A stretch of 64,000 nt of DNA from Candidatus Hadarchaeota archaeon (GCA_964621445.1 CAZUNO010000013.1:1-64000), one strand, 5' to 3'; counted from the first letter of the stretch, positions 1 to 9,034 are shown. Notes: generated from the letters alone by a model not told the origin. Made by a program: numbers and translations.

Positions 1-1
1 A

Positions 2-136
2 GCAGCGAACAAGAAACTACTAAACTCATTAGCAAGGCTATGCCAAGCAAAAATACCAGAAAATTGGACACCTGCTATGCTACTAGCCTTGCTCCTAGTT
101 GCAGGTATTTCGGACAGCTGGAAGAAAAGGAGCTAA
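2..136 (+). CDS. 3' end of a partial gene, probable surface protein with IPE-CTERM-type tail
   Basis: Frame +2 is open from the window edge to TAA at 134-136: AANKKLLNSLARLCQAKIPENWTPAMLLALLLVAGISDSWKKRS*. This is IPE, then a hydrophobic helix, then a basic tail. Not in the ORF track because it has no start codon in the window. Confidence 0.6.
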   Translation, partial: AANKKLLNSLARLCQAKIPENWTPAMLLALLLVAGISDSWKKRS

Positions 137-948
137 ACACGATCCTCGATCGCGCTTACTATCTTCTCGAAATCCTTCGCAGGTTGAGAATCCGGTGAAC
201 TCAGAACGAATGGCTTTCCACTCTCACCGGAATCAACAATGGTAGTATCCAGGGGGATTGCTCCCAAGAAATCCAGTCCCATCTCCTCCGCGGCCTTCTT
301 TCCCCCTCCACTCTTGAAAAGATCGACGCGTTTCCCGCAATGAGGGCATATGAAACCGCTCATGTTTTCAACTACACCTATCACCGGAATATCCAGGGTC
401 TGGGAGAAGCTAATGCACTTTCGCACGCTGGTGAGTGCGACTTCCTGGGGAGTTGTCACGATAACCGAGCCCGTTATCTGGGGTATGAGTTGGGCTATGC
501 TCAGCGGTTCGTCTCCAGTTCCCGGGGGGAGATCGACTATTAGGTAGTCCAGGTCACCCCATGAAACCTCACCCAGGAACTGGGATATGGCCCCCATCTT
601 CATGGGACCTCTCCAGATCACCGGGGTGTTCTTATCCTTTAGCATAAAACCTATGGATATGACCTTCACACCCGGATCAACCATGGCCGGAGAAATGCCT
701 TCATCGCTGACACCAAGTTTCTCGTCCTCTACACCCAATATCTTGGGTATGGTCGGTCCGTGAATATCAGAATCTAGAAGTCCTACTTCAAAACCTCTCT
801 TGCCCAAGGAGACGGAAAGATTTGCCGCGACGGTGCTCTTGCCAACTCCGCCTTTTCCGCTCATTACCGCAATCTTGTGCTCAACACGGTTCATGGCTTC
901 CTTGGCCTTTGCCTGCCTTTCCTCCATGGTCTGCTTGCCCGACTCCAT
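133..948 (-). CDS. Mrp/NBP35 (ApbC) iron-sulfur cluster carrier ATPase
   Basis: SGKGGVGKST P-loop, DIHGP, WRGPM, DLPPGTGD, ENMSGFICPHC motifs; ATG at 948 (ORF track extends to a TTG at 954). Confidence 0.93.
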   Translation of the reverse strand: MESGKQTMEERQAKAKEAMNRVEHKIAVMSGKGGVGKSTVAANLSVSLGKRGFEVGLLDSDIHGPTIPKILGVEDEKLGVSDEGISPAMVDPGVKVISIGFMLKDKNTPVIWRGPMKMGAISQFLGEVSWGDLDYLIVDLPPGTGDEPLSIAQLIPQITGSVIVTTPQEVALTSVRKCISFSQTLDIPVIGVVENMSGFICPHCGKRVDLFKSGGGKKAAEEMGLDFLGAIPLDTTIVDSGESGKPFVLSSPDSQPAKDFEKIVSAIEDRV

Positions 949-1020
949 GAACAATCACAATAACCGTGCCTGATATATACTCTGGATATTCGTTTACGGC
1001 GCGATAGACAGGGACCTGAT

Positions 1021-1410
1021 CTATTCTGACCTCAGCTGCTGTATGCGCTTTTCGATCTCCTGCAGTTGATTCTCCAGGGCCTTGGCTTGCTCCTGAAGCA
1101 TGGAAATCTCCTGTTCCCTGTTCGCTGGAGCTGGGCCAAAACCCGGGAACTGTGGTGCAGCAGGTGGTTGTGCGGGCTGCATTGCTTGAGGCCACTGATC
1201 TGGTGGATATGCAGGATTTTGGCTTCCCTGATACGCGGGAGGATACCCCATCCCCTGTGGGTTTGACGCGGGCCATCGTCCATTCATCAGGTAACTAGCG
1301 CAAGGCCCTAGACCGGTGGGGCTCCTGCCCACCCAACCTGGGCTAAATCCAAATCGCATCCAACCGGGTTGTCCCGTCGCGTAATACATCCAACGATATC
1401 CGCCTGGCAT
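1021..1410 (-). CDS. DUF5320-like Gly/Pro-rich protein with C-terminal coiled coil
   Basis: YYATGQPGWMRFG motif, GLGPC, C-terminal LQEQAKALENQLQEIEKRI; ATG at 1410 preceded by GGAG; typical Mrp/NifX neighbourhood. Confidence 0.75.
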   Translation of the reverse strand: MPGGYRWMYYATGQPGWMRFGFSPGWVGRSPTGLGPCASYLMNGRWPASNPQGMGYPPAYQGSQNPAYPPDQWPQAMQPAQPPAAPQFPGFGPAPANREQEISMLQEQAKALENQLQEIEKRIQQLRSE

Positions 1411-1423
1411 GATAAATCTCCAC

Positions 1424-1443
1424 TTTCTTTCATATGCACTAAA
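1424..1443. promoter_or_regulatory. CATATG-centred palindromic operator candidate
   Basis: TTTCTTTCATATGCACTAAA upstream of the DUF5320-like gene; same core as the sites at 1982, 2000, 3077 and 5372. Confidence 0.45.
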
Positions 1444-1491
1444 CACTTAAACGTTTCCTTGTCGAAACCAGAATTGCCGAGAAGTGACAGT

Positions 1492-1959
1492 TCAACTTGT
1501 TTCTATTCTTTGGCCTAATGCTCTTCCCTTCTTACCGTTGGAAAAGCTGGGGGAGCCAGTGTAAGGCCTTATTTGATTGGTCTCAACGAGATCTTTCAAT
1601 CTCAGGAAGCTCTCATCGCTTATTCTCGACTCCATCCTTTTAGCTTGGGTTCTCGAATGTTCACTGTTCAATCCAATCAGCTCGAAGAACTCCATCAGAA
1701 CCTCCCTCCGCTCATGGATCTTTTTGGCCTCTCTTTTGCCCTTTTCCGTGAGTCTCACGCCCTTATAGGGCATATATTCCAGGAACCCCTCCTCTGCAAG
1801 CTGCTTAATCATCTGGGTTACGCTAGCAGGACTCACTTCCAGTTCTTCGGAAAGATCCTTTGTATGCACAGGACCGGTAGAATCCGATAGAGTGCAGATA
1901 GCCGAGATGTATTTCCACTGAGTAGCTTTCCTAGCGTAATCTTCCATTTCATTCACCAA
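1492..1959 (-). CDS. DtxR/MntR-family transcriptional regulator with degenerate metal site
   Basis: wHTH 'TKDLSEELEVSPASVTQMIKQLAEEGFLEYMPYKGVRLTEKG' followed by dimerisation helices. Confidence 0.85.
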   Translation of the reverse strand: MVNEMEDYARKATQWKYISAICTLSDSTGPVHTKDLSEELEVSPASVTQMIKQLAEEGFLEYMPYKGVRLTEKGKREAKKIHERREVLMEFFELIGLNSEHSRTQAKRMESRISDESFLRLKDLVETNQIRPYTGSPSFSNGKKGRALGQRIETS

Positions 1960-1981
1960 CCGACTCCCTTCACGTCGGCGC

Positions 1982-2019
1982 CAATGGGCATATGCACATT
2001 ATTAAGCATATGCACGTAA
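1982..2019. promoter_or_regulatory. Tandem pair of GCATATGC palindromic operator candidates
   Basis: CAATGGGCATATGCACATTA (1982-2001) and TATTAAGCATATGCACGTAA (2000-2019), next to the AT-rich TAAATTTAAA upstream of the DtxR-like gene. Confidence 0.55.
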
Positions 2020-2081
2020 GTAAATTTAAACCTTTCGCTATTGTTTTACTACCCCGTTCAAATCAAAGGCCGGCCTATGGC

Positions 2082-2996
2082 TCAGCATTCCATCAAGTAG
2101 TATTTCTTGCCCCCGGAACGCTTGGTTTTGAGTTTTCCCTCCCTCTCCAACCTTCCCAGGTACTTCAATACCTCATTGGGGTGGAGGCCCAGAGGTGAAC
2201 ATATGTCATCAACGGTGCATGGCCTTCTGGACAGGAGATCCTTTACGCGATCCTCAATCCCTGTACGATAGCCCTTCCCTTTCCCGCTGAATTCTGGGAT
2301 CATCTCAGCTCCAAGTCTTTTACATATGGATTTCAACTCATCCACCCCAATCGGTTTCGCAAAATCCTCGGACGGGGGCCTCACCACGGTATTCAGCTGG
2401 ACCTTATCCGGTTCAATTCTGGAAATTGCTTCTGATATAAGAGCGATCTCCTGGTCAGTATCGTTAAAACCTCGAACCACCATAACCTCTAGCCACATCT
2501 CTCCCTGGTACGATCCTGCAAATCTGCAGAGACCATCGACGATATCCTCTGCTTTAAGGGAGGGATGGGGACGATTAACCTTCTCAAAACAGGGCTGGCT
2601 TACTGCATCAAGGGAAGGGACCACTAGGTCCGCTTTGTTAACTTCATCCCGAACTGTCTTCCGGAAGAGAAGAGACGAGTTCGTCAACACCGCGGTGGGG
2701 GTATCGGTTATCGAACCTATTCCCTCAATTATCTCACCTGAGAATTTGTTCAAAGTCGGCTCGCCAGAACCTGACAGGGTGATATAGTCAGGTTCAATGC
2801 CTTCTTTGAAAGCTTCCTTAATTTCGGCCAGAATCTCATCCTTCGGAACGTACTCCTTCCGCTTTACCGTTTTGTTATCTGTCGATCCTAGTTGACAGTA
2901 GATACAATCAAAGGAGCATGTCTTAGGCCTTACAAGATCTACGCCCAGGGATAGCCCCAGACGGCGGGAAGGAACCGGTCCAAAGAGATGCTTCAT
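2082..2996 (-). CDS. Radical SAM protein (TYW1-like subgroup) with C-terminal winged helix
   Basis: FGPVPSRRLGLSLGVD, CSFDCIYC, SGSGEPTL, LTNSS. Confidence 0.88.
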   Translation of the reverse strand: MKHLFGPVPSRRLGLSLGVDLVRPKTCSFDCIYCQLGSTDNKTVKRKEYVPKDEILAEIKEAFKEGIEPDYITLSGSGEPTLNKFSGEIIEGIGSITDTPTAVLTNSSLLFRKTVRDEVNKADLVVPSLDAVSQPCFEKVNRPHPSLKAEDIVDGLCRFAGSYQGEMWLEVMVVRGFNDTDQEIALISEAISRIEPDKVQLNTVVRPPSEDFAKPIGVDELKSICKRLGAEMIPEFSGKGKGYRTGIEDRVKDLLSRRPCTVDDICSPLGLHPNEVLKYLGRLEREGKLKTKRSGGKKYYLMEC

Positions 2997-3076
2997 AGAA
3001 TATACCCCCTACACGTATCTGATAATTGTTTTACCCGGCAAGATGGATACTTTCAAGACACCCTGGGGAGAACCAT

Positions 3077-3096
3077 TTTTGAGCACTATCTCATAA
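3077..3096. promoter_or_regulatory. Degenerate copy of the palindromic operator candidate
   Basis: TTTTGAGCACTATCTCATAA (TGAG...CTCA arms) in the divergent intergenic region upstream of the NifX-like gene. Confidence 0.35.
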
Positions 3097-3117
3097 GTCG
3101 TGGTTGGGTATTTAGAT

Positions 3118-3480
3118 ATGAAAGTTGCGATTCCAACGATGGACAGGAATGGAATGAATGCCGAGGTGGGTGCTCACTTCGGTAGGTCTCCAACCTTCAC
3201 AATCGTGGATACCGAGACCGGCGAGGCGGATACCATCGATAACGTTGCCGAGCATTTCGGTGGCAGGCGAAAGACGCCGGAACTGCTCCAGGAAGCCGAT
3301 GTTGATGCAGTGCTTTGTTCTGCCGTTGGGCCAAGGGCCATACATGCCTTTCAGAATATGGGGATACACGTCTTTGTGGGCGCATCCGGCACCGTGGAAT
3401 CAGCTGTGGAGGATTTCAAATCAGGGGGCCTCAAGGAAGCCACGGACGCCGACGCCTGCGACCAGCATAGAAGAGGATAG
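3118..3480 (+). CDS. NifB/NifX-family Mo-Fe cluster-binding protein
   Basis: MKVAIP...HFGRSPTFTIVD...GPRA...GIHVF; C-terminal Cys/His. Confidence 0.9.
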   Translation: MKVAIPTMDRNGMNAEVGAHFGRSPTFTIVDTETGEADTIDNVAEHFGGRRKTPELLQEADVDAVLCSAVGPRAIHAFQNMGIHVFVGASGTVESAVEDFKSGGLKEATDADACDQHRRG

Positions 3481-3519
3481 TCCCTTTCGGTTAGGTCATT
3501 GATAAGAAAGGCGTTTTGA

Positions 3520-5367
3520 ATGAATATTGCCATATCAAGCGGTAAAGGGGGGACCGGTAAGACCCTAGTGGCGACCAACCTGGCAATGGCCTTCCAGGAG
3601 ATGGGAGAGGAGGTAGCTTACCTTGATTGTGACGTCGAGGAGCCAAATGGCCACCTGTTCCTGAAACCTGTAATCCAGTCTCGAGAGGAGGTGACCATAG
3701 ACACTCCGGTGAGTATAGATGATGAAAAGTGCATCAACTGCGGTAGGTGCAGCGAGGCATGTACCTATAATGCAATAGCGGTGATAAAGGACAAGGTGCT
3801 GTTCTTCCCGGAGCTCTGTCACGCCTGTGGGGCCTGCAAACTCGTATGTCCCAAGGATGCTATAATTGAGAAGAAAAAGAAGATAGGTAACTCCGAACAT
3901 GGAAAGTCGGGGAACATCGAATTCCACCACGCCACACTTGAAACTGCCGCTGGAGGAATGTCTCCCAGGTTGGTCAAGGAGGTTAAAAAGCACGCCATAG
4001 ATGGAATAAATATCCTGGATTCCTCCCCCGGGACGGCATGCCCGGTGGCAGAGGCTGTTCACGGCACCGATTTGGTTGTCCTGGTAACCGACCCCACTCC
4101 CTTCGGAATCAACGACCTAAGTCTTGCCGCGAACATGGTTAGAAAGCTGGGCATTGAACCCGTGGTGCTTGTGAACCGTACCGGGTTTGACCAAAGTGAC
4201 CTAAATGAATACTGCAGGGAAGCTGATCTAGAGATAATAGCCCAAATACCCGATGATAGGGAAATCGCCGAGGTTTATTCCCGCGGGGACCTGATAGTCA
4301 GCTCGATACCCAGGTATCATGACATATTTCTTGATATAGCTCAGGAGGTCTGTAAGGCCGCTAGAGGACAAAGGGAGGCCAAGAAACCCCAGGAGAGAAG
4401 GATAATTGGAGAAAAGGCCAAATCCATAAACCTAGCCCAGGTCAGATCCCAAGCTAAATCCATTCCCCAGGAGTTGGTAGTTATCAGCGGTAAAGGGGGA
4501 ACCGGTAAGACCTCATTGACCGCCTGTTTTTCCGCCCTAGCTGAGGAAACCACGATCGCAGATTGTGATGTCGATGCTCCCGATCTCCATCTCCTTCTCC
4601 AACCGGAGGTCATAGAAAACGGGCCCTTTGTTGGAGGTGTGGCTGCCCATATAGATTCTGAAAAATGCACCAGTTGTGGCAGATGCGCCGAGGAATGCCG
4701 GTTTGATGCCGTAAGGTCTATTGATGATGGTTTCGAAATAGACACCGTGGCCTGCGAAGGTTGTGGGGTATGTGACATCGTATGTGATTATGATGCCATC
4801 GTTCTAGAGGACTCAGTTAATGGACAATGGTTCGTTTCAATGACCAGGTTCGGGCCCATGGCTCACGCCGAGCTTGGAATGGCGGAGGAAAACACCGGGC
4901 GATTGGTGACCATAGTCCGCCAGAAGGCGGGAGATGTGGTTGTAGATGAAGGGCCAACCATTATAGATGGTGCCCCGGGAACCGGGTGTCCGGTTATAGC
5001 CTCACTATCAGGTTCTAAATACGCGGTGTTGGTCACCGAACCAACCGTGGCAGGATTGCACGACATGACCCGTGTGCTTGAGGTTGCCAGGTATTTCGGG
5101 ATCCCCACGGGTATCGTGATAAATAAGCACGACCTGAATCCGGAAATGGCTGATAGAATAAGATCGCAGTGCCAGGCAGCTAATTTGGAGGTACTTGGTG
5201 AGATTCCTTACAGCCCGCTTATAACCGAGGCCCAGATGCAGGCCAAATCTGCCGTCGAATATGACCCGGATTCTGAGGTATCCAGTAGGATTAGAAGCAT
5301 TTGGAGTTCCATATTGCAGAGAATGCAGGCATATGACCAAGCGCCCGGTGCCGAAAAAGATACTTAA
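3520..5367 (+). CDS. Fusion of two MinD-superfamily P-loop ATPases, each with an inserted 2[4Fe-4S] ferredoxin (COG1149-type)
   Basis: Two SGKGGTGKT Walker A motifs, two DCDV motifs, four CxxCxxC...C motifs and two PGTxCPV motifs in one 615-aa ORF. Confidence 0.88.
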   Translation: MNIAISSGKGGTGKTLVATNLAMAFQEMGEEVAYLDCDVEEPNGHLFLKPVIQSREEVTIDTPVSIDDEKCINCGRCSEACTYNAIAVIKDKVLFFPELCHACGACKLVCPKDAIIEKKKKIGNSEHGKSGNIEFHHATLETAAGGMSPRLVKEVKKHAIDGINILDSSPGTACPVAEAVHGTDLVVLVTDPTPFGINDLSLAANMVRKLGIEPVVLVNRTGFDQSDLNEYCREADLEIIAQIPDDREIAEVYSRGDLIVSSIPRYHDIFLDIAQEVCKAARGQREAKKPQERRIIGEKAKSINLAQVRSQAKSIPQELVVISGKGGTGKTSLTACFSALAEETTIADCDVDAPDLHLLLQPEVIENGPFVGGVAAHIDSEKCTSCGRCAEECRFDAVRSIDDGFEIDTVACEGCGVCDIVCDYDAIVLEDSVNGQWFVSMTRFGPMAHAELGMAEENTGRLVTIVRQKAGDVVVDEGPTIIDGAPGTGCPVIASLSGSKYAVLVTEPTVAGLHDMTRVLEVARYFGIPTGIVINKHDLNPEMADRIRSQCQAANLEVLGEIPYSPLITEAQMQAKSAVEYDPDSEVSSRIRSIWSSILQRMQAYDQAPGAEKDT

Positions 5368-5371
5368 GCAC

Positions 5372-5391
5372 TTATGGTCATATGAAAATAA
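5372..5391. promoter_or_regulatory. CATATG-centred palindromic operator candidate
   Basis: TTATGGTCATATGAAAATAA immediately before the GGAGGT RBS of the small Cys-rich gene. Confidence 0.5.
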
Positions 5392-5401
5392 TTCGGAGGT
5401 T

Positions 5402-5605
5402 ATGCAATTGAGCGGACGAGGAAGAGGAGCTGGAAGAGGAGCAGGTTCAGGAAAAGGACGGGGCCGCGGAGGCGGATATGCCATGGGACCCGGTGGTAAC
5501 TGCGTTTGTCCCAATTGTGGTAACAAAACGCCTCACCAGGTTGGAGTTCCCTGTTACGAGCAGAAATGCCCGGAATGCGGGGCTGCCATGACCCGGGAAA
5601 GGTAA
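5402..5605 (+). CDS. Small Gly/Arg-rich protein with CxCPxCG...CPxCG zinc-ribbon-like motif
   Basis: ATG at 5402 after GGAGGT; GRGRGAGRG...GPGGNCVCPNCG...PC...KCPECG. Confidence 0.75.
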   Translation: MQLSGRGRGAGRGAGSGKGRGRGGGYAMGPGGNCVCPNCGNKTPHQVGVPCYEQKCPECGAAMTRER

Positions 5606-5625
5606 TTTACCGATTTGAAGTAAGG

Positions 5626-6006
5626 CTATTCTGACCCCTTTTGGTCCCGGTTAGAAGCCACCACGTAATTTCCACCTATTATCTGCAGCTTTTGGCCCTC
5701 AACTATCATCTTGGCAAGTTTCTTTTTCGCTGACTGCAGTATCCTCCATAGAGTCCCACGAGAGATACCCATCCTGCTTGCTGCCTCCTCCTGACTCAAA
5801 CACTCGTACTCGGTCAGCCTGTAGGCCTCATATTCATCCGCGCTCATCTCGATCTCCGCATCCGATTCCTGGGATTGATCTTCATCCTGCGGTTTAGCTG
5901 GTGGGGTGGGAACAAATCCTCTTTGGACGGGGTGAGCGGCAAGGACCCTATCCTTGGGGGGTCTACCAAACCTTCCTCGCCTTCGCCTTCCTCTCTTGGG
6001 GCCCAT
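5626..6006 (-). CDS. DUF134-family HTH DNA-binding protein
   Basis: GRPPK.R, DEYEAYRL, LSQEEAASRMGISRGTLWRILQSAKKKLA...I.GGNY; ATG at 6006. Confidence 0.88.
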   Translation of the reverse strand: MGPKRGRRRRGRFGRPPKDRVLAAHPVQRGFVPTPPAKPQDEDQSQESDAEIEMSADEYEAYRLTEYECLSQEEAASRMGISRGTLWRILQSAKKKLAKMIVEGQKLQIIGGNYVVASNRDQKGSE

Positions 6007-6090
6007 TGTATACACCTGTTACTCGGCTCTTAAGATACTTTTTGTAGCCTAACCGAAATGGAGAAAGAAGTCGTGGGCTCAAACCCGGGG

Positions 6091-6852
6091 CTAGAAACGT
6101 TTCCAGAGGTTTCTCCCATGGAGTATGATTGCCAGTAGCAGGAACCCCAATGCACAGGCGCCGAGAACAGACAAGCTAACCGCATCTTGAAGTACGGCCT
6201 CGGAACCCAGAGAACTCCTAATAACCTCCGAAAAATAGGTCAGAGGGGAGATATATGCCAGCGTCCTGGGCACCCCTGTCATTTGGGAAAGGGGCACGAA
6301 TACTCCACTTATGAAAATGAGTGGCAGCTTGACAAGATTTGCCAGCATCATCACGTTCGATGGATTGTCCGTCGGCGGAGCCGAGAGCAGTATGCCCAGG
6401 GAAGAGAAACAGAAACATGCCAGGACCATCCCGGTTAGAAGGGGGAAGGGGTTTGTGATCGGGAAATCTACAAGCAGATAGGCCAAGAATAGCGTTGCGC
6501 CCGATATAAGCATGCCGAAAACGAAACCCGCCAACACTCCGCCCAAAACAATTGCCGAGACGGAGATCGGGGCCGTCATCAGCTTCTCAAGGGTTCTCAT
6601 CCGCGTCTCCCAGGGAGCTATGATTGGCCCCACGGATGAGGATGTGAAGAAAACGGCCATCGCCAACATGGGAGCAGCAAACATCCTCCCCGATAGATCC
6701 CTGCCCAGGGAAAAGGCAAAAAACAGGAAAAGGGGAAAGAGAAGGCCAAATATGACCACGGGGCCCTTGATGTAGTATAGTCTCATATCCTTCTTGGCTA
6801 CGGCAAGCATACCCCAGAAGTTTTTACCTATGACCCATCTTGTGTTGGCCAT
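6091..6852 (-). CDS. ABC-2 type transporter permease
   Basis: Six hydrophobic segments, FISGVFVP and SPLTY motifs; ATG at 6852 after GGAGGA. Confidence 0.88.
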   Translation of the reverse strand: MANTRWVIGKNFWGMLAVAKKDMRLYYIKGPVVIFGLLFPLFLFFAFSLGRDLSGRMFAAPMLAMAVFFTSSSVGPIIAPWETRMRTLEKLMTAPISVSAIVLGGVLAGFVFGMLISGATLFLAYLLVDFPITNPFPLLTGMVLACFCFSSLGILLSAPPTDNPSNVMMLANLVKLPLIFISGVFVPLSQMTGVPRTLAYISPLTYFSEVIRSSLGSEAVLQDAVSLSVLGACALGFLLLAIILHGRNLWKRF

Positions 6853-7787
6853 GATTCCTCCTCCGTAACTTCCACAAATACATCCTCCAGGCTGGGACGT
6901 AGAATCTGAAGGGAAAGAATTTTCCAACCATTCTCCCGGGACATTGCTGCTAACTGGGCTGCGAGTTCCGTCGGGTCCTCCGTGAATAGCCGGATGGCTT
7001 CCCCTTCCCTTTCCAGGTTTCTAACATTATCCATTTCTAGGAATAGTGAATCCTCTATACCGGGCTCAACTTCTAACTTAACAGACTGGACCTTCTGGAA
7101 AGAGGATCTTAGATCCCGGGGCTTTCCAGTGGCCGCAATCTTTCCCTCTCTGAGTATGGCCACCCGGTCACAGAGTTGGTTGGCCTCCGCAATGTTATGC
7201 GTGGTCAGGAAAATCGAGGTACCCTCCCGGTTAAGCTCCATTAGAAGTCGACGTACCAACCTGGTACTCTTAACATCGAGCCCCGAGGTCGGCTCATCCA
7301 GGAATAACAGATCAGGACCATGAATCAGAGCCATGGCAATCAAAAGTCTTTGCCTTAGTCCCTTTGACAGAATCTTTGCCTTTTGGTTCTTCCTGCCAGC
7401 AATATCCATGGTGGACAGAAGCTCATCCGCCCTTTCATCCCTTCTCGACCTGTCCACCCCATAGAGCTCAGCCATTAGCATCATGTTCTGCCAAACGGTA
7501 AGGTCAGGATAGGCATTTGCCAACTCCGGCACCACGCCCATCCCCTGCTTTGCCATCAGCTTTTCCTTATTCATATCATGTGAAAGGACCTCGACGCTGC
7601 CGCTTGTTGGGGGTAGGATACCGGTCAACATACGTACGGTGGTGGTCTTCCCGGCGCCATTGGGCCCCAGGAAACCAAAGAATTCGCCCTCCTCCACTAT
7701 GAAGCTTATGCCATCAACGGCGTGCACCTCACCAAAGAGCTTAACGAGATCATGTGCAACTATCGCATACAACGAGGCCATGGACAT
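6828..7787 (-). CDS. ABC transporter ATP-binding protein (DrrA/CcmA-like)
   Basis: GPNGAGKTT, LSKGLRQR, LFLDEPT, TTH, PSLEDVF. Confidence 0.93.
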   Translation of the reverse strand: MSMASLYAIVAHDLVKLFGEVHAVDGISFIVEEGEFFGFLGPNGAGKTTTVRMLTGILPPTSGSVEVLSHDMNKEKLMAKQGMGVVPELANAYPDLTVWQNMMLMAELYGVDRSRRDERADELLSTMDIAGRKNQKAKILSKGLRQRLLIAMALIHGPDLLFLDEPTSGLDVKSTRLVRRLLMELNREGTSIFLTTHNIAEANQLCDRVAILREGKIAATGKPRDLRSSFQKVQSVKLEVEPGIEDSLFLEMDNVRNLEREGEAIRLFTEDPTELAAQLAAMSRENGWKILSLQILRPSLEDVFVEVTEEESWPTQDGS

Positions 7788-7915
7788 GTGTGGAAGATAC
7801 CCATCCCGTAAAAATCTAACATGAACCGGCAAAATGTCGAATGATACCAAATCAAAATATACTGTCTAATAATCAAAGTAATGAACTCTGCTGTATCAAT
7901 ATATATGGGAAAATA

Positions 7916-9034
7916 ATGCGTTACAGGAAATATGGACAAACTGATGCCATGGTATCGGCATTGGGATTCGGATGCATGCGTTTTCCAATGGAAAACGACA
8001 ATGTGAAAAAGGAGGAAACCGTCGATATCCTTCATGAAGCCATGGACCTTGGTGTCAATTACTTCGACAGCGCCGTCATGTACTGCAAGAACCAGAGCGA
8101 GGAAACCCTCGGGCAGGCCATACAGGGGAGAAGAGATGAGCTATACATCTCCACCAAGAATCACTACAAGGGGGACGATCCCCAAGAATGGCGGGAATTC
8201 CTCGACCAATCCCTGGACAGGCTTGGAACTGATTACATAGATTTCTATCATCTACACGACCTTCGCTTAAAGGAATACAAGGAACATCTTCTTCCTGGGG
8301 GCTGCATTGACGAGGCCCTGGAGGCCAAGAAAGATGGTCTGATTAAGCATCTCTGCTTCTCCTCCCATGACGACCCAAACAATATCAAGAAGCTGATAGA
8401 CACCGGGCTATTCGAGGGAATTCTAGTACAATACAATATATTCGACCGTATCAATGAACCGGTAATATCCTACGCAGAGAAAGAGGGGCTCGGGGTTTCC
8501 ATCATGGGCACAGTTGGAGGGGGGAGGTTAATCCCCCTTTCAGAGAAGATACAGGACATGAGCGACAAGAAGGAAAGCACACCGGAACTGGCAATTCGTT
8601 TCGTTCTCTCAAATCCCGGGGTGACCGTCGCCCTTTCAGGAATGAACACCAAACCCATGGTCCGGGAAAATGCCGTGGCGGCCAGCCGGGAGGAAGCCCT
8701 AACCGATCACGAAAGGGAAAGAATTTCCGAAGTCATGGATGACGTCAAGAAACTGGAGGGACTCTACTGTACGGGATGTAACTACTGCATGCCCTGCCCC
8801 TTCGGTGTCGACATTCCAGCCAACTTCGCCGCTTACAACCTTGCCAAGGTTTGGGGGCTAGAAAGCCAGGCAAAGGTTCAATATAAGGCCCTTAAGGACC
8901 GGAAGAAGGATGGAGAAAATGTGCCTGCCTGGGCTGCTGCCTGCACGCAATGCCATAAATGCGAGGACAAATGCCCACAGGACATCCCTATCGCGGAAAA
9001 GATGAAGGAAGTGGAGAAAGCACTTTCCGATTGA
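7916..9034 (+). CDS. Aldo/keto reductase with C-terminal 4Fe-4S dicluster
   Basis: LGFGCMRFP, YFDSA..Y, ISTK, DFYHLH; CTGCNYCMPCP and CTQCHKCEDKCPQ. Confidence 0.9.
   Translation: MRYRKYGQTDAMVSALGFGCMRFPMENDNVKKEETVDILHEAMDLGVNYFDSAVMYCKNQSEETLGQAIQGRRDELYISTKNHYKGDDPQEWREFLDQSLDRLGTDYIDFYHLHDLRLKEYKEHLLPGGCIDEALEAKKDGLIKHLCFSSHDDPNNIKKLIDTGLFEGILVQYNIFDRINEPVISYAEKEGLGVSIMGTVGGGRLIPLSEKIQDMSDKKESTPELAIRFVLSNPGVTVALSGMNTKPMVRENAVAASREEALTDHERERISEVMDDVKKLEGLYCTGCNYCMPCPFGVDIPANFAAYNLAKVWGLESQAKVQYKALKDRKKDGENVPAWAAACTQCHKCEDKCPQDIPIAEKMKEVEKALSD

Noticed and set aside
31-106. Inverted repeats (AGCAAGGCTA/TAGCCTTGCT; ACCTGC/GCAGGT) suggesting a structured RNA
   Set aside because: The region is better explained as the coding 3' end of an IPE-tail protein.
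3118-3480. Nitrogen fixation inferred from the NifB/NifX domain
   Set aside because: Stand-alone NifX-like proteins are common in Mrp/COG1149 loci of non-diazotrophs, and no nifHDK genes are present.
6044-6090. tRNA-like fragments (GTAGCCTAACC...GTCGTGGGCTCAAACCC)
   Set aside because: No acceptor or anticodon stem, too short, and the T-loop is not canonical.
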